A stretch of 64,000 nt of DNA, from positions 55,491 to 119,490 of the forward strand of contig CACNPC010000003.1 of NCBI GenBank assembly GCA_902622245.1. The letters run 5' to 3'. Below, piece after piece: positions 61,176 through 64,000 of this stretch (the stretch's first letter is position 1; every line of letters begins with the position of its first letter). This stretch comes from an uncultured Pelagibacteraceae bacterium (GTDB lineage Bacteria > Pseudomonadota > Alphaproteobacteria > Pelagibacterales > Pelagibacteraceae). The notes under the pieces are model-generated. The model did no database searches. It saw only the letters and a program-made list of their open reading frames with translations, and had not been told where the DNA came from. A program made the position numbers and the translations under genes.

Positions 61176-61583
61176 CTAAATTCTCTTAATAAATTTACAT
61201 TTAATTGGAAGTTTTGCGGATGCTTTGTATAATGCTTCTCTAGCGATTTCTTCTGTTACTCCATCAACCTCAAATAAAATTCTTCCTGGTTTAACTCTGC
61301 ATGCCCAAAATTCAGGTGAGCCTTTTCCTTTACCCATTCTTACCTCTGTAGGTTTTTTTGATACAGGTATATTAGGAAACATTCTTGTCCAAACTCTTCC
61401 TTGCCTTTTCATGTGTCTTGTTAATGCTACTCTAGCTGCCTCAATCTGTCTCGATATAATTCTTTCTGGCTGGACTGCTTTTAATCCAAAAGAACCATAA
61501 TTCATAGCATTACATCTAGAAGCATTACCATGAATTCTTCCTTTATGTGCTTTTCTAAACTTTGTTCTAGTTGGTTGTAACAT
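61176..61583 (-). CDS. rplP: 50S ribosomal protein L16
   Basis: MLQP.RTKFRK, RMGKGKG, KLP. Confidence 0.98.
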   Translation of the reverse strand: MLQPTRTKFRKAHKGRIHGNASRCNAMNYGSFGLKAVQPERIISRQIEAARVALTRHMKRQGRVWTRMFPNIPVSKKPTEVRMGKGKGSPEFWACRVKPGRILFEVDGVTEEIAREALYKASAKLPIKCKFIKRI

Positions 61584-61585
61584 TA

Positions 61586-62245
61586 TTATGTTTTGTTCCT
61601 TTCCTGGCTAAATTCTTTTGTAAAAATTTCTCCTTTATAAATCCAAACTTTTATTCCAATTATTCCATAAGTTGTCAAAGCTTCTGCTTCAGCATAATCA
61701 ATATCTGCTCTTAAAGTATGTGATGGAATACTTCCATCTCTTAACCATTCTGTTCTTGCAATTTCGTTTCCTCCAAGTCTACCACTACAAGACACTTTAA
61801 TTCCTTTTGCTCCTAATCTTAATGCAGATTGCATTGCCCTCTTCATTGCTCTCCTGTATGAAACACGCTTGACTAACTGTTGAGCAATGTTCTCAGCTAC
61901 TAAAAATGAATTTGTCTCAGGTTTTTTAACTTCCTTAATATTTAGGACTATTTCATTTGCGCTCAATCTTGATAATTTCCCTTTAATTTTTTCTATATCA
62001 CTACCCTTTTTTCCAATTACAAATCCAGGTCTAGAAGTATAAATTGTTACAAAACATTTTTTTGCTGATCTCTCTATCATAACTTTTGAAACACCTGAAT
62101 TGATAACATTTTTTTTAATAAATTCTCTGATTTTAAAATCTTCAATTAAATAATTGCCAAAATCTTGTTTCTTTGCATACCAAACGGAATCCCATCCTCT
62201 ATTGATACCTAATCTTAAACCTACTGGATTAACCTTTTGTCCCAT
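61586..62245 (-). CDS. rpsC: 30S ribosomal protein S3
   Basis: [29 protein letters not shown]. Confidence 0.98.
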   Translation of the reverse strand: MGQKVNPVGLRLGINRGWDSVWYAKKQDFGNYLIEDFKIREFIKKNVINSGVSKVMIERSAKKCFVTIYTSRPGFVIGKKGSDIEKIKGKLSRLSANEIVLNIKEVKKPETNSFLVAENIAQQLVKRVSYRRAMKRAMQSALRLGAKGIKVSCSGRLGGNEIARTEWLRDGSIPSHTLRADIDYAEAEALTTYGIIGIKVWIYKGEIFTKEFSQERNKT

Positions 62246-62624
62246 GTTCTTTCTCTTTTTGTTTCATTTGTTCGCTCAAAACTATTGTTACATTTGAGTA
62301 CGGTTTCATTATTTCTGCAGCTCGACCTTTTGCTCTAGCTCTAAATCTTTTCATTATTACCTGTTTTCCACAGAAAGCTTCTTTAACTACTAAATTGTCA
62401 ATATCGTATTGAAAATTATTTTCAGCATTAGCCACTGCGGAAGAGATTGTTTTTTTTACATCTTTAGAAATTCTTTTTTCTGAGAAAGACAGATCTCTAA
62501 TCGCAATTTCTACCTTTTTACCAACTATTGATTTAAGTATAGGTTTTAATTTTCTTACACTAGATCTTACGTTCTTATTTGTTGATCTAACTTGCTTTAA
62601 ATTTATATCTTTATTTTTAATCAT
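62229..62624 (-). CDS. rplV: 50S ribosomal protein L22
   Basis: [21 protein letters not shown]. Confidence 0.97.
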   Translation of the reverse strand: MIKNKDINLKQVRSTNKNVRSSVRKLKPILKSIVGKKVEIAIRDLSFSEKRISKDVKKTISSAVANAENNFQYDIDNLVVKEAFCGKQVIMKRFRARAKGRAAEIMKPYSNVTIVLSEQMKQKEKEHGTKG

Positions 62625-62626
62625 AT

Positions 62627-62935
62627 TTATTTTTTATCAGCTCCTTTAGCTCCGCCCTCAACTTTTGCTTTTTTATCAGCAGGCGTATGACCAAAAAACT
62701 GTCTTGTTGGAGCAAATTCTCCAAATTTGTGTCCCACCATGTCTTCAGATACAGTTATTGGTATAAATTTTTTACCGTTATAAATTAAAAAACTAAATCC
62801 TACGAAGTCAGGTATTATTGTAGACTTTCTAGACCAAGTTTTGATTGGTTTTTTATTAGGATCATTTTTAATCTTTTCAACTTTTTTAATTAAACTTTCC
62901 TCAACAAACGGTCCTTTCCAAACAGATCTTGCCAT
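62627..62935 (-). CDS. rpsS: 30S ribosomal protein S19
   Basis: [23 protein letters not shown]. Confidence 0.98.
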   Translation of the reverse strand: MARSVWKGPFVEESLIKKVEKIKNDPNKKPIKTWSRKSTIIPDFVGFSFLIYNGKKFIPITVSEDMVGHKFGEFAPTRQFFGHTPADKKAKVEGGAKGADKK

Positions 62936-62938
62936 AAA

Positions 62939-63772
62939 TTAAGCTCTCTTCTTCTTTCTTCTTCTTATTATAAATTTATCAGTTCTTTTATTATCTCTTG
63001 TTTTTAATCCTTTAGCTGATTGTCCTGTAGGAGAAACAGGATGTCTACCACCTGCAGATTTTCCTTCACCACCACCATGAGGGTGATCCACTGGATTTTT
63101 AACAACTCCTCTGGTATGTGGTCTTCTTCCTAACCATCTTGATCGTCCAGCTTTACCAATTTTAATATTTTTTTGATCTGGATTAGATAATACTCCAATT
63201 GTAGCCAAAGCTCTTGAATCTATTTTTCTAACTTCCCCTGAAGTCATTTTTATAATTGAGTAATTTCCATCAATGCCTGAGATCGTTACAGAAGAACCAG
63301 CTGCTCTTGCTATTTTTCCACCAGCTCCAGGTTGTATTTCAACATTGTGTATATCAATACCTACCGGAATGTCCTGTAATGGTAAACAATTTCCTATTTT
63401 AATTTCTGAAGAAGAGCCATTTTGAATATGATCACCAACTTTTATTTTTTGTGGAGCAAGATAATAGAATTTTTGATTGTCTTCAAATTTAACTAACATT
63501 ATATGGCATGATCTGTTTGGATCATATTCAATTCTTTCCACAGTAGCTTTCATATCGTTCTTTTTTCTATAAAAATCAATTTTTCTATACTTGTGCTTAT
63601 GTCCTCCACCATGATTTCTAGATGTTATACGACCATAATTATTTCTTCCTTTTGAAGAATAGTTTGCACTTGTTAGCGGCTTATAAGGCTTACCTTTCCA
63701 TAAACCTTCTCTACTAGTTAAAATAGTACCTCTAGTAGATTTCGTGTAAGGTTTGAATGTTTTTAAAGCCAT
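62939..63772 (-). CDS. rplB: 50S ribosomal protein L2
   Basis: IEYDPNR, NPVDHPHGGGEG. Confidence 0.99.
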   Translation of the reverse strand: MALKTFKPYTKSTRGTILTSREGLWKGKPYKPLTSANYSSKGRNNYGRITSRNHGGGHKHKYRKIDFYRKKNDMKATVERIEYDPNRSCHIMLVKFEDNQKFYYLAPQKIKVGDHIQNGSSSEIKIGNCLPLQDIPVGIDIHNVEIQPGAGGKIARAAGSSVTISGIDGNYSIIKMTSGEVRKIDSRALATIGVLSNPDQKNIKIGKAGRSRWLGRRPHTRGVVKNPVDHPHGGGEGKSAGGRHPVSPTGQSAKGLKTRDNKRTDKFIIRRRKKKRA

Positions 63773-63775
63773 AAT

Positions 63776-64000
63776 TTAAATACCTGTTGTTAAGTCAATA
63801 TTTTGACCTTTTTTAAGGGTAATAATTGCTTTCTTAAAACCCTTCTTTTTAACTTTTTTTCCTCTAGTAGATTTAATTAGTGTTTTTTTATTAATAATAT
63901 TAATTTTCGTTACATTGACTTTAAAAATTTTTTCAATTGATCCTTTTAAAGTTTTTTTGTTAGCACTTTGAGGTACCTTAAAAACAATTTTATTTTGTTC
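63776..64000 (-). CDS. rplW: 50S ribosomal protein L23 (5' end outside window)
   Basis: Not in ORF track. Manual translation EQNKIVFKVPQSANKK...IEKIFKVNV...KKAIITLKKGQNIDLTTGI*. Confidence 0.95.
   Translation of the reverse strand, partial: EQNKIVFKVPQSANKKTLKGSIEKIFKVNVTKINIINKKTLIKSTRGKKVKKKGFKKAIITLKKGQNIDLTTGI

Noticed and set aside
1384-61500. Numerous 60-136 aa ORFs overlapping core genes, mostly antisense (e.g. 1384-1641, 6465-6875, 8868-9140, 22561-22923, 60208-60555)
   Set aside because: They lie within well-supported genes, show antisense-shadow composition (rich in F/I/L/S), and have no recognisable motifs
1-64000. CRISPR arrays, IS elements, prophage or defence genes, rRNA
   Set aside because: No repeat-spacer arrays, transposase/integrase motifs or rRNA-like stretches; nearly all sequence is explained by core genes

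Overview
This is a very AT-rich, tightly packed chromosomal window that I infer comes from a SAR11 (Pelagibacteraceae) genome. The inference rests on base composition, near-zero intergenic space and alphaproteobacterial gene order. Left to right it holds: partial rplM; a metY / alpha-beta hydrolase / methyltransferase-like trio; ctaA, chorismate mutase, and the rpmF-plsX-ihfA-merR-rpmG block; bamE and an H+-pyrophosphatase; the rpiB-glyA-nrdR-rib-nusB-thiL block headed by an AspH-like dioxygenase; hemB; the dapA-smpB-folK-rel-pyrE-pdxJ-acpS-lepB-rnc-recO block; slt, tRNA-Ser(GCT) and soxBDAG; gatCAB with an O-methyltransferase, trhO and a MATE; ruvX-pyrB-pyrC'-plsY-topA-ridA; galU-ugd, panC, mgtE, lipB, rluC; a secreted polysaccharide-lyase-like gene; then the alpha, spc and S10 ribosomal operons. 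I saw no mobile elements, CRISPR arrays or prophage genes. I added rpmF, partial rplM, partial rplW and the tRNA, which the ORF track lacks. The best leads are the uncharacterised metY trio (with no recognisable SAM-V riboswitch upstream), a possible TrhO + TrmR-like tRNA mo5U module, the lyase-like insertion, the AspH-like enzyme, two probable pseudoenzymes (PyrC', RibBX), and extreme gene-junction architecture. All calls come from motif recognition by eye; no database searches were run.
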